NCBI GenBank assembly: GCA_011605725.1
Contig: JAAOZP010000012.1
Location: 96,001 to 160,000 of the forward strand
Direction of reading: 5' to 3'
Source of the DNA: Nitrososphaerota archaeon
Lineage (GTDB): Archaea > Thermoproteota > EX4484-205 > JAAOZP01
DNA length: 64,000 nucleotides
Both the position numbers and the translations under genes were made by a program. The notes beneath the pieces were generated by a model. It worked only from the letters and a program-made list of their open reading frames with translations. It was not told where the DNA came from and ran no database searches. Positions 1-8,331 of the stretch are shown here, piece by piece (position 1 is the first letter of the stretch; each line of letters opens with the position of its first letter).

Positions 1-692
1 TGTATTTCTCCAAGCCTGCTTGAGCATTTTCTGAGAGCGTTTTCGACGCTTATCTCTCCAGAGTATCCGGCGAGAATATGGCCAGTATCTATGCAGATTG
101 ACGTGTCAAATCTTTCAGCGATTTCAAGCGTTTTTGAAAACGGGAACTCTATCGACTCTAATGCTATTCTACGCGGCTTCACGCCAGCATCAGCCAAGTA
201 TGAAACTATCTGCCCAATGCTTTTAGAAGCATTTAGAGCAAGCGTCTCGAAAAAGAGCTGCTTATAACCTGGGTTAATCCTCATCCTGTTAACCTCCGCA
301 GCCAAAGGACCTGCTACGTGAAGAACATAAGCGAGCGGTTTAAGATCCTCCAGCACTGTAACGGGCTTAATGACCGCGCTGACCGAGGCTGCCCGAATAT
401 CCTCAACCGGGGAGTCAAGCTCGATAGACCAGATGGGCAGGTGTGCGGAGAAAGTAATACCCTCCTCTCTCATGGAAACCCATTCATCCAGGTTCTTACT
501 CGAGAATGAAGCTGGAAGAACATAGTAAAGATCGGCGCTGAGCTCAACATGCTTAAAACCGTTTTCAACAGTCTTCCTAACCAGCTTTGAATAGTCAAGG
601 AACACTGAGCCATCTTCAAGCTCTAAACCTTCTAATACTCCCTCCAGCGAGAGAGCTGTAGCCCCAAGCCTTAAGCCAGCCTGGTTACCCAT
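1..692 (-). CDS. Xylose-isomerase-like TIM barrel protein, resembles cobamide-remodelling phosphodiesterase CbiR (3' end outside window)
   Basis: Not in the ORF track. Manual translation from ATG 692: MGNQAGLRLG...FKHVELS...SAHLPIWSIEL...YVLHVAGPLAAEV...IALESIEFP...ICIDTGHILAG...LGEI. E/H/E/DxGH metal motifs present; SD GAGGT upstream. Confidence 0.65.
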   Translation of the reverse strand, partial: MGNQAGLRLGATALSLEGVLEGLELEDGSVFLDYSKLVRKTVENGFKHVELSADLYYVLPASFSSKNLDEWVSMREEGITFSAHLPIWSIELDSPVEDIRAASVSAVIKPVTVLEDLKPLAYVLHVAGPLAAEVNRMRINPGYKQLFFETLALNASKSIGQIVSYLADAGVKPRRIALESIEFPFSKTLEIAERFDTSICIDTGHILAGYSGEISVENALRKCSSRLGEI

Positions 693-727
693 GCTACCTC
701 AACCAACTATATATGACGGTTATAAGA

Positions 728-1012
728 TTATATTATGGCCTCAGGCATCAAAACCACTCTACTAGTCTCGTTTAAAACGGTTGACTGAGCCTCATCCACC
801 GGGACCACCCTTCCGTCCAACACTATCGTAAAGTCCTCTGAGAGTCTTTCTGTTTCCCCGGAGAAAACCCTTTCCTTAAACCTCTTCCCATATTTATCCG
901 CCATTTTCTTAACCAGATCGTAAACAGTACTTCCTTCTTTCATATCGATAAGCGTCTCAGTAGACCCAACGATATCCCTAAACTGGCCTACGAGCTCCAC
1001 GCGAATCTTCAT
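728..1012 (-). CDS. MoaD/ThiS/SAMP-type ubiquitin-like beta-grasp protein lacking the C-terminal GG
   Basis: MKIRVELVGQFRDIVG...STVYDLV...IVLDGR...VVLMPEAII*. ATG 1012 is preceded by GGAGTG; the ORF track starts at 1033. Confidence 0.75.
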   Translation of the reverse strand: MKIRVELVGQFRDIVGSTETLIDMKEGSTVYDLVKKMADKYGKRFKERVFSGETERLSEDFTIVLDGRVVPVDEAQSTVLNETSRVVLMPEAII

Positions 1013-1463
1013 CACTCCGTTAACCTTAGGCACACTGCTTTAAAATAAATGTTTTCATTTAAAGCTAGTTAGGCGCAATATTTCCGGCACATGGCTTGTC
1101 ACGCATACGTCTTTCCTGCGGGTTAAAATAGCGTTCATACCTATTAATGACATGGGGCCTGATCAACATTTTGGAGCCCACGCCAAGGAGGCTTGAACGA
1201 TAAATTTCCAGGAGGAGGTTGAACGCTACATTATGGCACTGCTTGAGGAAACCTCTCCGGAGAAGGCTTCATCACGCGAGAGAGTGGTGGACTGCCTGTA
1301 ACGCCGCCTTTAGCGGCTGCCGAAGCCTCGCTAACCAAGGAGTGAAATATGGAAAAAGTAGCAATGCTAAGGGTTTGAAGACATCCGTGGAACAATGAAG
1401 CACACCGGCGCGCGGGTTTTCATGAACTATACGCATAAAAACTTTGCTGAGAGCTTGAAATCC

Positions 1464-2162
1464 CTACAATAAGTCAACTAGCTCCTTTAGGCTAGATATT
1501 TTAAGGCACTGCTCGTCCCCATACCTTCCCGTCCTGTCAATAAGAATGGCGTTCATACCGGCTGAACGCGGACCCAGATAATCCTCCTCATACTTGTCTC
1601 CAACGTGTAGAATTTTTTCCAGCGGAGTCTTGGAAAGCCTGGATGCGACGCGAAATATTTCAGGACTAGGTTTCTCAAACCCGATGTCGCCTGAAGCAAT
1701 GAGCATGTCGAAATACTCTAAGAGACCTGCTTTTCTCAAGTATGTTGCTAGGTTCCTGCTGGAAGAAACGTTTGAAATAGTTATCAGCTGGAAACCACTG
1801 TTTTTAAGCTCCTTCAAAGTGTGTTCAGCATCTTCATAGGCCCGAAAGACTGCTTCAGTCAACCAGTAGTCGCGCAAATGCTCAGCAAGACCCTGGTTAG
1901 GGATGGAAAGGTTTGAAACCATTTTTCGAAGCAGCCTAATCCAAGCATTTTCATTCCAGACTTCTCTAGTCATTGCTTTCTCCTGGCTCCACCATAAGCG
2001 AGCATCCTTCAAAGCCTCCTCAACCTCAACCGGTTTAAACTGATACCCTAGCTTGAGCAGAATCCTGTGGAAAACCATGTGGTCCTCTTCAGCCTCATAA
2101 TAGAGGGTTCCACCGCAGTCGAAAGAAACCGTTCTAACTATATTTTTAAACAATAACCGCAT
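1464..2162 (-). CDS. HAD-superfamily hydrolase (subfamily IA)
   Basis: FDCGGTL, ISN, EKPSPEIF and HVGD...D motifs. Confidence 0.9.
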   Translation of the reverse strand: MRLLFKNIVRTVSFDCGGTLYYEAEEDHMVFHRILLKLGYQFKPVEVEEALKDARLWWSQEKAMTREVWNENAWIRLLRKMVSNLSIPNQGLAEHLRDYWLTEAVFRAYEDAEHTLKELKNSGFQLITISNVSSSRNLATYLRKAGLLEYFDMLIASGDIGFEKPSPEIFRVASRLSKTPLEKILHVGDKYEEDYLGPRSAGMNAILIDRTGRYGDEQCLKISSLKELVDLL

Positions 2163-2180
2163 CTCACGATGCTTGACGAC

Positions 2181-2618
2181 TCAACTTTTCCCCTTCCACC
2201 ACTGGAACAGCTTTTTACTAAGCTCATGTATCTTCCTAGCGCTATCTATTGCTTTCTCAGCATCCTCCCTGGAATATAGCTCCCTAGGCGGGATGAAGGC
2301 ATTCTCATCCCCGTAGAAAGCCGGACCCCTTTCTCCGGCAAGCCTTTTACTCGCAATACTGATTGTTTCCAGTTCAAATCTAAACCAGTCTGGAAGAACT
2401 CTTATGCGAGCGATTTCAGCCAATGCATCGCTGACATCGTGCTCGCGTGGATACTCTACGCCAAGTAGTCTGAGAACAGCCTTCAGGCTTAGTTCAACGC
2501 TTTCCTGCGCCCTCCTAACAGTTCTGTGATACATCTTTTTGGCTAAGGCTTCTTCAGCCTCGTAGAGGGAATACTCAGCATCGTCAAGATAGCCTCTAGC
2601 CATAGCCTCGGTGTTCAA
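2181..2618 (-). CDS. HEPN domain protein (toxin partner of MNT-HEPN pair)
   Basis: AQESVELSLKA, PREHDV, RGPAFY; 4-nt overlap with the MNT gene. Confidence 0.9.
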   Translation of the reverse strand: MNTEAMARGYLDDAEYSLYEAEEALAKKMYHRTVRRAQESVELSLKAVLRLLGVEYPREHDVSDALAEIARIRVLPDWFRFELETISIASKRLAGERGPAFYGDENAFIPPRELYSREDAEKAIDSARKIHELSKKLFQWWKGKS

Positions 2619-3154
2619 ATCTCAACGACCTCGCCAGGTTTTATATCGGGTTTCAGATCCCAGAGCCACGTTCCATTCTTAAGGTAAATGCGTCTAGCTT
2701 TGAGTTCATCCAGCCTTTTCCTAAGGTTGGTGAAAATCGATTCCATAAAGCCATCTTTGTCAACCAAGATAACGGCATCCTCAACCATATCCAAGTATAT
2801 TGGCCTATGGAACTTTGCCTCCTCCGGAGTAAGAGGGTAAAATTGCACCCATGTGTTAACACCCTTCTTTCCAAGCTCTTTATACACCGGGGTTTCTCTA
2901 AGCTTAATCAGGATCCTAGCCATAATCTCCATTTTTTCACTAATCCTTTTAGGAAGATTCTCTGCCACAAGGAGGATATCTGTGTCGCTAGTCGGCTTAG
3001 CGTCTCCCCTGGCTACGGAACCAAAGACAACTAGGCTCACCAGTTTTTCTTTAAAAAAATCATTAAGAAGATTAATAATTTCTTTAATGAATTCTCTTCT
3101 ATCCGGATCTATTATACTGGTTAATCCATATCTTGGCTTCATCGATCCTTGCAT
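2615..3154 (-). CDS. Minimal nucleotidyltransferase (MNT) antitoxin
   Basis: VFGSVARGDAKPTSDTDILLV (GS...DxD) motif. Confidence 0.9.
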   Translation of the reverse strand: MQGSMKPRYGLTSIIDPDRREFIKEIINLLNDFFKEKLVSLVVFGSVARGDAKPTSDTDILLVAENLPKRISEKMEIMARILIKLRETPVYKELGKKGVNTWVQFYPLTPEEAKFHRPIYLDMVEDAVILVDKDGFMESIFTNLRKRLDELKARRIYLKNGTWLWDLKPDIKPGEVVEI

Positions 3155-3313
3155 TTTGAAATATCTTGACTCATTACACTTTATATACTTTTAGCATCTG
3201 AGTAGAAAAACGTAAGCATTAATACGAGATGGTCAGGTCAACATTAGCGTACTAAACAGATGGTAACCATAGTAAAGTTAATATCGCCAGAAAAAATCCT
3301 TCGGCAATATGAA

Positions 3314-3750
3314 CTAGCGCGCGCCCATAATCATGAAGGAGAACACCATCACCGTCAGAGAGCCGTTATAAGCAACAGGGAGACTTTCCCGCCGAAACCC
3401 TTCCGGAGCAGGAAAACCCAGAAAACAACGTAAAGTGCTGAACCTGCAGCAGACTGTATGGGGAACAGGCCTAGAAGATTCAGATACAGCCATGCGAGGA
3501 GAAACAGTAAGCATAAGGCGTCTGCCTGAAGCTTCCCACGGTTTTTAAAAATCTGAACAATAATGGTTGTCCTGCTGCAGAATGTTGAGCCGATAAGGTA
3601 GGAAACCATGCTGAAGAAGAGGAGGCCCCAAAGCCATATATCAGGGTAAGTGAACTTCGAATAAGGGATGTGGAGGATAAGCACCACATAGGGTGCGGCG
3701 TAGAATGATACTAGCGTCAGCGAAAAAATCGCCTTATGGTTTACGAATAT
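3314..3750 (-). pseudogene. Probable decayed multi-pass membrane protein gene
   Basis: The hydrophobic frame is open from 3750 without a canonical start at its 5' end. Removing 2 nt from GCTCTCTGA near 3355-3363 joins it to the hydrophobic tail LTVMVFSFMIMGAR. Confidence 0.4.
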
Positions 3751-3902
3751 TCAGACGCTTTCAAGCCGTGATGCATCCTTAGGCTGGCCTTATTAACTTA
3801 GCCTGGTTATTATTGATCCATGGGAAACTAGGCCTTAACCAGTTATTTGAAGCGCGTCTTTGAAAGGAAGTCGATAATTTCATTAAGAATGAGCAAATGC
3901 GC

Positions 3903-4403
3903 TTAACTAATGCTGGCAACCTCTGGTGGGTGAGCTAAGCTGGAAGTCGAATACTTTTGCTTTCTCCACGGGTTCTTATAAATCTCTATGACCTCCGATA
4001 TTACGTTTGGCAACTCCTCTGGCCTACCGACGCCGACCCCGGGGCATATGAAAGCATATTGATTAAAGTAAACATAGTATGTCTCACCCTTATAGTAAAA
4101 CTCAGCCTCACCGCAGCTTACGGATTTTGGCTTCCTGTAAACCAGGAAGGGCCATACCTTACAAGAAAACGGTTTTAGGCCCAGCTCATGCAGACTGCAC
4201 AACCCGTATTCGTCCAGAAAGACACATCTCCCACCAATTTTTCTCAAGTATGGCTTCACATCAACAACCACGGCCTCCGGCATTAGCTCAAAAATTTTCG
4301 CATACTCGTAGGGGCTGAGGGTCACTTTAAACTTCGTGCAACACTCTCCACACCTGAGACAGGCCCAGGACCCCACTCTTCTCCAAGGTATTTCCCCAAC
4401 CAT
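3903..4403 (-). CDS. YkgJ-family (CxxCxxCC) zinc/iron-chelating cysteine-cluster protein
   Basis: CLRCGECC, CVFL...CSLH..KPFSCKVWPF, CPGVG. ATG 4403 lies downstream of a TATA box; the ORF track starts at 4433. Confidence 0.85.
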   Translation of the reverse strand: MVGEIPWRRVGSWACLRCGECCTKFKVTLSPYEYAKIFELMPEAVVVDVKPYLRKIGGRCVFLDEYGLCSLHELGLKPFSCKVWPFLVYRKPKSVSCGEAEFYYKGETYYVYFNQYAFICPGVGVGRPEELPNVISEVIEIYKNPWRKQKYSTSSLAHPPEVASIS

Positions 4404-4591
4404 TTTTTTCCCTACCAGGTGGCAGTAATGCATTTAAATTTGGAACAGAGATATAAAATTTTAAAGTGTGCGCAGCGAATTCTTAGACGTAAATTATTAA
4501 TTAACTTTAGAATGTGGCGACTCTGCCGATAACAACCCAGTTAGAAGAGCACGTGCACGGTGTTTAGAGCAACCCACAGCTCTGAGCCTCC

Positions 4592-5599
4592 TCAGAGATC
4601 CGTGTAATCAAGCACTACTGGGAGCCCGGGTAGGACCGGTATTCTAGTTAGGCTGCTCGCCATCCTCCAGGCTTCTATGCTCCACTTACGATGCGCAGGG
4701 GTTTCCGAACCCTTATCTTTTATTGAGAAGGCTTTCGCGAGCATTGGTGATGATGCTATGATTGATGAGACTATTCCGCCTAAGAGGCCCAGCGGATTAT
4801 TCAGAAAGAATGTTGCTAAAAGCCCAGTTAGCAAGCCTACTGCGGCGAGGGCTGCTGAGGCGGTTAGCATTGTTGCCCGTGACCTAGTGCTTAACGGGTA
4901 CTCGACAAAGAGGACCCTGCCCCCGGCCGCGTCCAGGAGAATCCTGTACGGCTTACCCTTGTAAGCGTACTCCATTAGCCAGAACGGGTAGTGGACTAGC
5001 CCAAGATAGTTAACTTCAACCCTCTCAAGCCTCTTTGAGCCTCCGCAGCTCCTGCTAGCTTCATCCATAGCCTGCCCAGATATTAACCGGTACGCGATAT
5101 TATAGGCTTCCTCGTAGCTCAAGGTAGGCATGTAGAACCTGCTTCTCTGGGCTTGACTCGGGTTGAAGAAGCTTCTCCCCCTCACCGAGAACGAGAGTTC
5201 CTTGGCATGGTTGTCGAGCCAGGTGCCTGTGTACGCTGCCAGAATAGGCGTGTTCCGCGTCTCAAGGTAGCTGGCCTGCCTGTCGCCGTAGGAGCAGGAG
5301 GAGTATGCCTTGCAGCTGAAAACATGATAGGGAACGTTGTAGAGCTCAGCTTTGCGAAGATTAGCCTCAGCGTTGAAATCGTCAGGTACGCCGTACCTCC
5401 TGGTTATGAACTGCATTGCTTTACGCCAGGCTGACGGGCTCTCCACGTAGGCTGGAAACATGTAGTATGTCCAGGTCTTCCCGGTTGAAAGCTCGAAGGT
5501 GTGGCCGCAGTAGGGGCAGACGATTATTGAGGCTGATTGCGGCGCGTTTATAGAAGCGTTGCAGTTTAGGCACGTGACTGTCTTCATGCTCACTTCCAC
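4592..5599 (-). CDS. Zinc-ribbon membrane protein, YdjG-like
   Basis: N-terminal CLNC...CPYC, HYPFW..Y.YKG motif, two C-terminal TM helices; alternative start ATG 5587. Confidence 0.7.
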   Translation of the reverse strand: MEVSMKTVTCLNCNASINAPQSASIIVCPYCGHTFELSTGKTWTYYMFPAYVESPSAWRKAMQFITRRYGVPDDFNAEANLRKAELYNVPYHVFSCKAYSSCSYGDRQASYLETRNTPILAAYTGTWLDNHAKELSFSVRGRSFFNPSQAQRSRFYMPTLSYEEAYNIAYRLISGQAMDEASRSCGGSKRLERVEVNYLGLVHYPFWLMEYAYKGKPYRILLDAAGGRVLFVEYPLSTRSRATMLTASAALAAVGLLTGLLATFFLNNPLGLLGGIVSSIIASSPMLAKAFSIKDKGSETPAHRKWSIEAWRMASSLTRIPVLPGLPVVLDYTDL

Positions 5600-6552
5600 T
5601 TCTCCTCCCTAACGTCGCTAACAGCCTTACTCGCCAGGAGGGCTCCGGCTGCTGAAACAAGTATGAAGCCGAGTACTGGAAACCATTCTCTGAAAGACGG
5701 CAGGAGGGCCAGTATGAAGGCGCCTGCCGCAACTGACAGGATGCTTCCGAGTATGTACAGTATTCTCTGGCCTAGGAAGACTGGTTCCGAAACCCTTAGG
5801 AATTGAAGGTTGTAGCCTGAGACGCTTGCCCTATACATTCCACCCTTATACTTGTATACGAGGCTCCACATCGGAGCCAGCAGTATCCAGAGCGAGTTCA
5901 CCCTGGCCTCGCAGGAATAATAGTAGAAGCCGTCTAAGCCGTTGGATGAGCGTGTGCTTTCCCTCAGCTCGTCCTCAACCATGTCCTTAAGCTCGTCCTC
6001 AGCCTCCTCAGGGAGAAGCTCAGCGTTTAAAACCTGTAGCCCAACGTTCCTCCAGTCTACCGCAGCTAGGGGTTGAGGGTCTTTAGCGGACTTCGCCTGG
6101 CTCACAAGCTCCTCCAAGCCGTACTCAGCAGCCTCCCTCCTAGCCGTGAAGGCGAGCCTCATCGAAGTGTTGAAAGACCCTTTCTTCGTCACGGTCCTGG
6201 TGACGAACGATTTACCCCTTTTCTCAGTAACCCTCCGGAAACCGGACCACTCGACGAAAGCGGAAACATCCCCCATGAGAATCGGCACGTAGAAGCCCTG
6301 AGCCTCGACAAGCTCAATGTCGCCGTAGACCCTGCTCATATCCGGGTCGCTCCTCATCCTGCTCCAGAAGGCGTTCACCACCTCATCCCTTGTCCGAGTC
6401 GGCAGTATGAATATTTCAAACCTCCCTGTTGAGAACCAGTTAACCGTCCCACAGTATTCGCACACGCATGCTATTGTCTCAGGAGTGTAATTCAAGGGAG
6501 CACCGCAGTTTGAGCATTTGAAGACCTTTTCAGATATGGTTGACTCTGTCAA
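5590..6552 (-). CDS. Zinc-ribbon membrane protein, YdjG-like paralog
   Basis: CSNCGA...CEYCG, LAPMW...YKYKG, two C-terminal TM helices; same architecture as the adjacent gene. Confidence 0.7.
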   Translation of the reverse strand: MTESTISEKVFKCSNCGAPLNYTPETIACVCEYCGTVNWFSTGRFEIFILPTRTRDEVVNAFWSRMRSDPDMSRVYGDIELVEAQGFYVPILMGDVSAFVEWSGFRRVTEKRGKSFVTRTVTKKGSFNTSMRLAFTARREAAEYGLEELVSQAKSAKDPQPLAAVDWRNVGLQVLNAELLPEEAEDELKDMVEDELRESTRSSNGLDGFYYYSCEARVNSLWILLAPMWSLVYKYKGGMYRASVSGYNLQFLRVSEPVFLGQRILYILGSILSVAAGAFILALLPSFREWFPVLGFILVSAAGALLASKAVSDVREEKWK

Positions 6553-6875
6553 CGCCTACCAATCCTTGAAACCATTACCCCGACCACGACGATTATTATG
6601 AGGGATATGCTCAGGTTCAGCGGCAGGTTTCCGGTGAGAAGTGTTAGTAAGAGTGAGAAACCGAGGCAGCACATCACTAGTCCCCAAATAAGGTAATACT
6701 TAAAGTCGGCAGCGTAAATCGAGAAGAAAATAGTGTAGAACCCAAGCATGATGAGCGGCAGTGAAACTAGAGTAAGCGGTTCACCGTAGCCTGTTGAAAA
6801 CAGTATGCCGTCTACGCCTATTGAGACTAGCAGGACAGCCAGCGCGTAGCTCCCATACCCGGCTTTTCTACTCAT
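6549..6875 (-). CDS. Small four-TM membrane protein
   Basis: Four hydrophobic segments. ATG 6875 has GTGAGG and a TATA box (about 6910-6918) upstream; the ORF track starts at 6953. Confidence 0.7.
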   Translation of the reverse strand: MSRKAGYGSYALAVLLVSIGVDGILFSTGYGEPLTLVSLPLIMLGFYTIFFSIYAADFKYYLIWGLVMCCLGFSLLLTLLTGNLPLNLSISLIIIVVVGVMVSRIGRR

Positions 6876-6952
6876 CTCATTAGCCTCACAACCACAAGGC
6901 GAGCTTTGAATATATAACTTTTCCCTCATCTTCGTCAAGGATTGAAGGGACA

Positions 6953-8233
6953 TTACGCACCTCGCCTCAATTTCCTCGTTATGCTTGCCAATTCTTCTGG
7001 GCCAAGCTCCTCGTGAGAACCCGACACTCTGGGAGGCTTCTCGCTGAGACTTATGAGCCCTGCCCTCGGTATTCCTTGGGAATGAATTAGTTCTATAGAT
7101 CTCCTAGCTTCACTCTCGCTGATCTCCCCTATCTTAACTTCATACCCTATCATCGGGGCCCTGCCCTTCGAATCCAAGATGACTATATCCACATCCCCCT
7201 TCCCCCCAGGCAGAATCATGTAGCTCCTCACCCCTCCTAGATACTCGGCAAGCATCTCCCCCAGGCTAAACTGTAGCTCCCTACCCAACACGCTTAGAAT
7301 AATGCCTTCATCTATTTTTACGCGCGGCGATTCGCTGATGTTCAGCTTCTGGTCAAGATAATAGACTAGCGAGAGCAGGGGAGACCTGTGCTTGAAATAG
7401 TTCCTCGAACCCCTGGTTTTCCATAGCGGGATTTTCTCTAGAATCCCCATGCAGGTAAGCCTTTCAAGCAAACCGGTTACTGTTGGAAGGCCGCCAGATA
7501 TCAGGTTGTTCGCGGTTAAAACCCCTGAGATCTCCGCTGGCATCCATATGCCTCCTCCCACTATCCTGATGACCGCGTCGTAAACCCTTGTTAACATCCT
7601 CTCCTCCTCCTCAAAAACCTCTCCGACAAGCCCAGGTGCTGACGCAACGAAGTATTGAATCTTATTGCGGATTTCTGAAAAAACATCCTTTTCGAATGAG
7701 ACCATAGGGATCACCCATGGGTCTCGGACAATCAGCCCCCATAGTAAGGCGTTCCTGAGGGAAGAACATATCTTACTGAGAGAGAGAACAGCGTCAGAGT
7801 AGCTTATCAAGTCCACCTTGAATGGCGAGAACAAGCCTAGGAGAGGACTCTTTCTCTCGAAAACCCTTCTCACGATGCTGAGGCTCGAACCGCTTGCAAC
7901 CAGCCTTCCGTTCGGATGGTTCGCGGCAATCGAGTCCCAATACTTATCTGGCAACCTTTGAAACTCATCCAATAGGACAACCCTTCCATCCCTCAAGAGG
8001 TTTCCGATACGTCTAACCGCCTCCTCAGGATTAACATGTGAAAAACCGTTTTCATCCCAAGCGGCAACGCTGCCAGACCTGGTCACCATAAAGTAGTTAG
8101 ACTGGGTGAAAACCCTTTTTAGCAGGAAGGTCTTCCCGGTTTTCCGCCTCCCGTAAACCAGTATCCATCCTCTTAGACCTCTTAATTCGTCTTCCTCTCT
8201 CCTGCTTACTACGATATGAGGAATATTCTCCAT
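6953..8233 (-). CDS. Archaeal ATPase (AAA+/STAND-like) with central wHTH and C-terminal PD-(D/E)xK (DUF234-like) domain
   Basis: YGRRKTGKT Walker A, LLDEFQ Walker B, SGSS, C-terminal DVDIV...GYEVK. Confidence 0.85.
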   Translation of the reverse strand: MENIPHIVVSRREEDELRGLRGWILVYGRRKTGKTFLLKRVFTQSNYFMVTRSGSVAAWDENGFSHVNPEEAVRRIGNLLRDGRVVLLDEFQRLPDKYWDSIAANHPNGRLVASGSSLSIVRRVFERKSPLLGLFSPFKVDLISYSDAVLSLSKICSSLRNALLWGLIVRDPWVIPMVSFEKDVFSEIRNKIQYFVASAPGLVGEVFEEEERMLTRVYDAVIRIVGGGIWMPAEISGVLTANNLISGGLPTVTGLLERLTCMGILEKIPLWKTRGSRNYFKHRSPLLSLVYYLDQKLNISESPRVKIDEGIILSVLGRELQFSLGEMLAEYLGGVRSYMILPGGKGDVDIVILDSKGRAPMIGYEVKIGEISESEARRSIELIHSQGIPRAGLISLSEKPPRVSGSHEELGPEELASITRKLRRGA

Positions 8234-8263
8234 AGAATATTCCCATTAGAATATTCTTATAAA
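8221..8263 (-). promoter_or_regulatory. Three GAATATTC palindromes at 14-bp spacing plus TATA box, overlapping the ATPase start codon
   Basis: GAATATTC at 8221-8228, 8235-8242 and 8249-8256; TTTATAA on the minus strand at 8257-8263. Confidence 0.7.
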
Positions 8264-8331
8264 CTTTTAGCTTATCCTACACACCAGTTCAGATTTGCTT
8301 CTTAACTATCGAGTCTACTTGTTTATTCAAA

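Noticed and set aside
318-509. 63-aa + strand ORF
   Set aside because: Antisense to the CbiR-like gene at 1..692.
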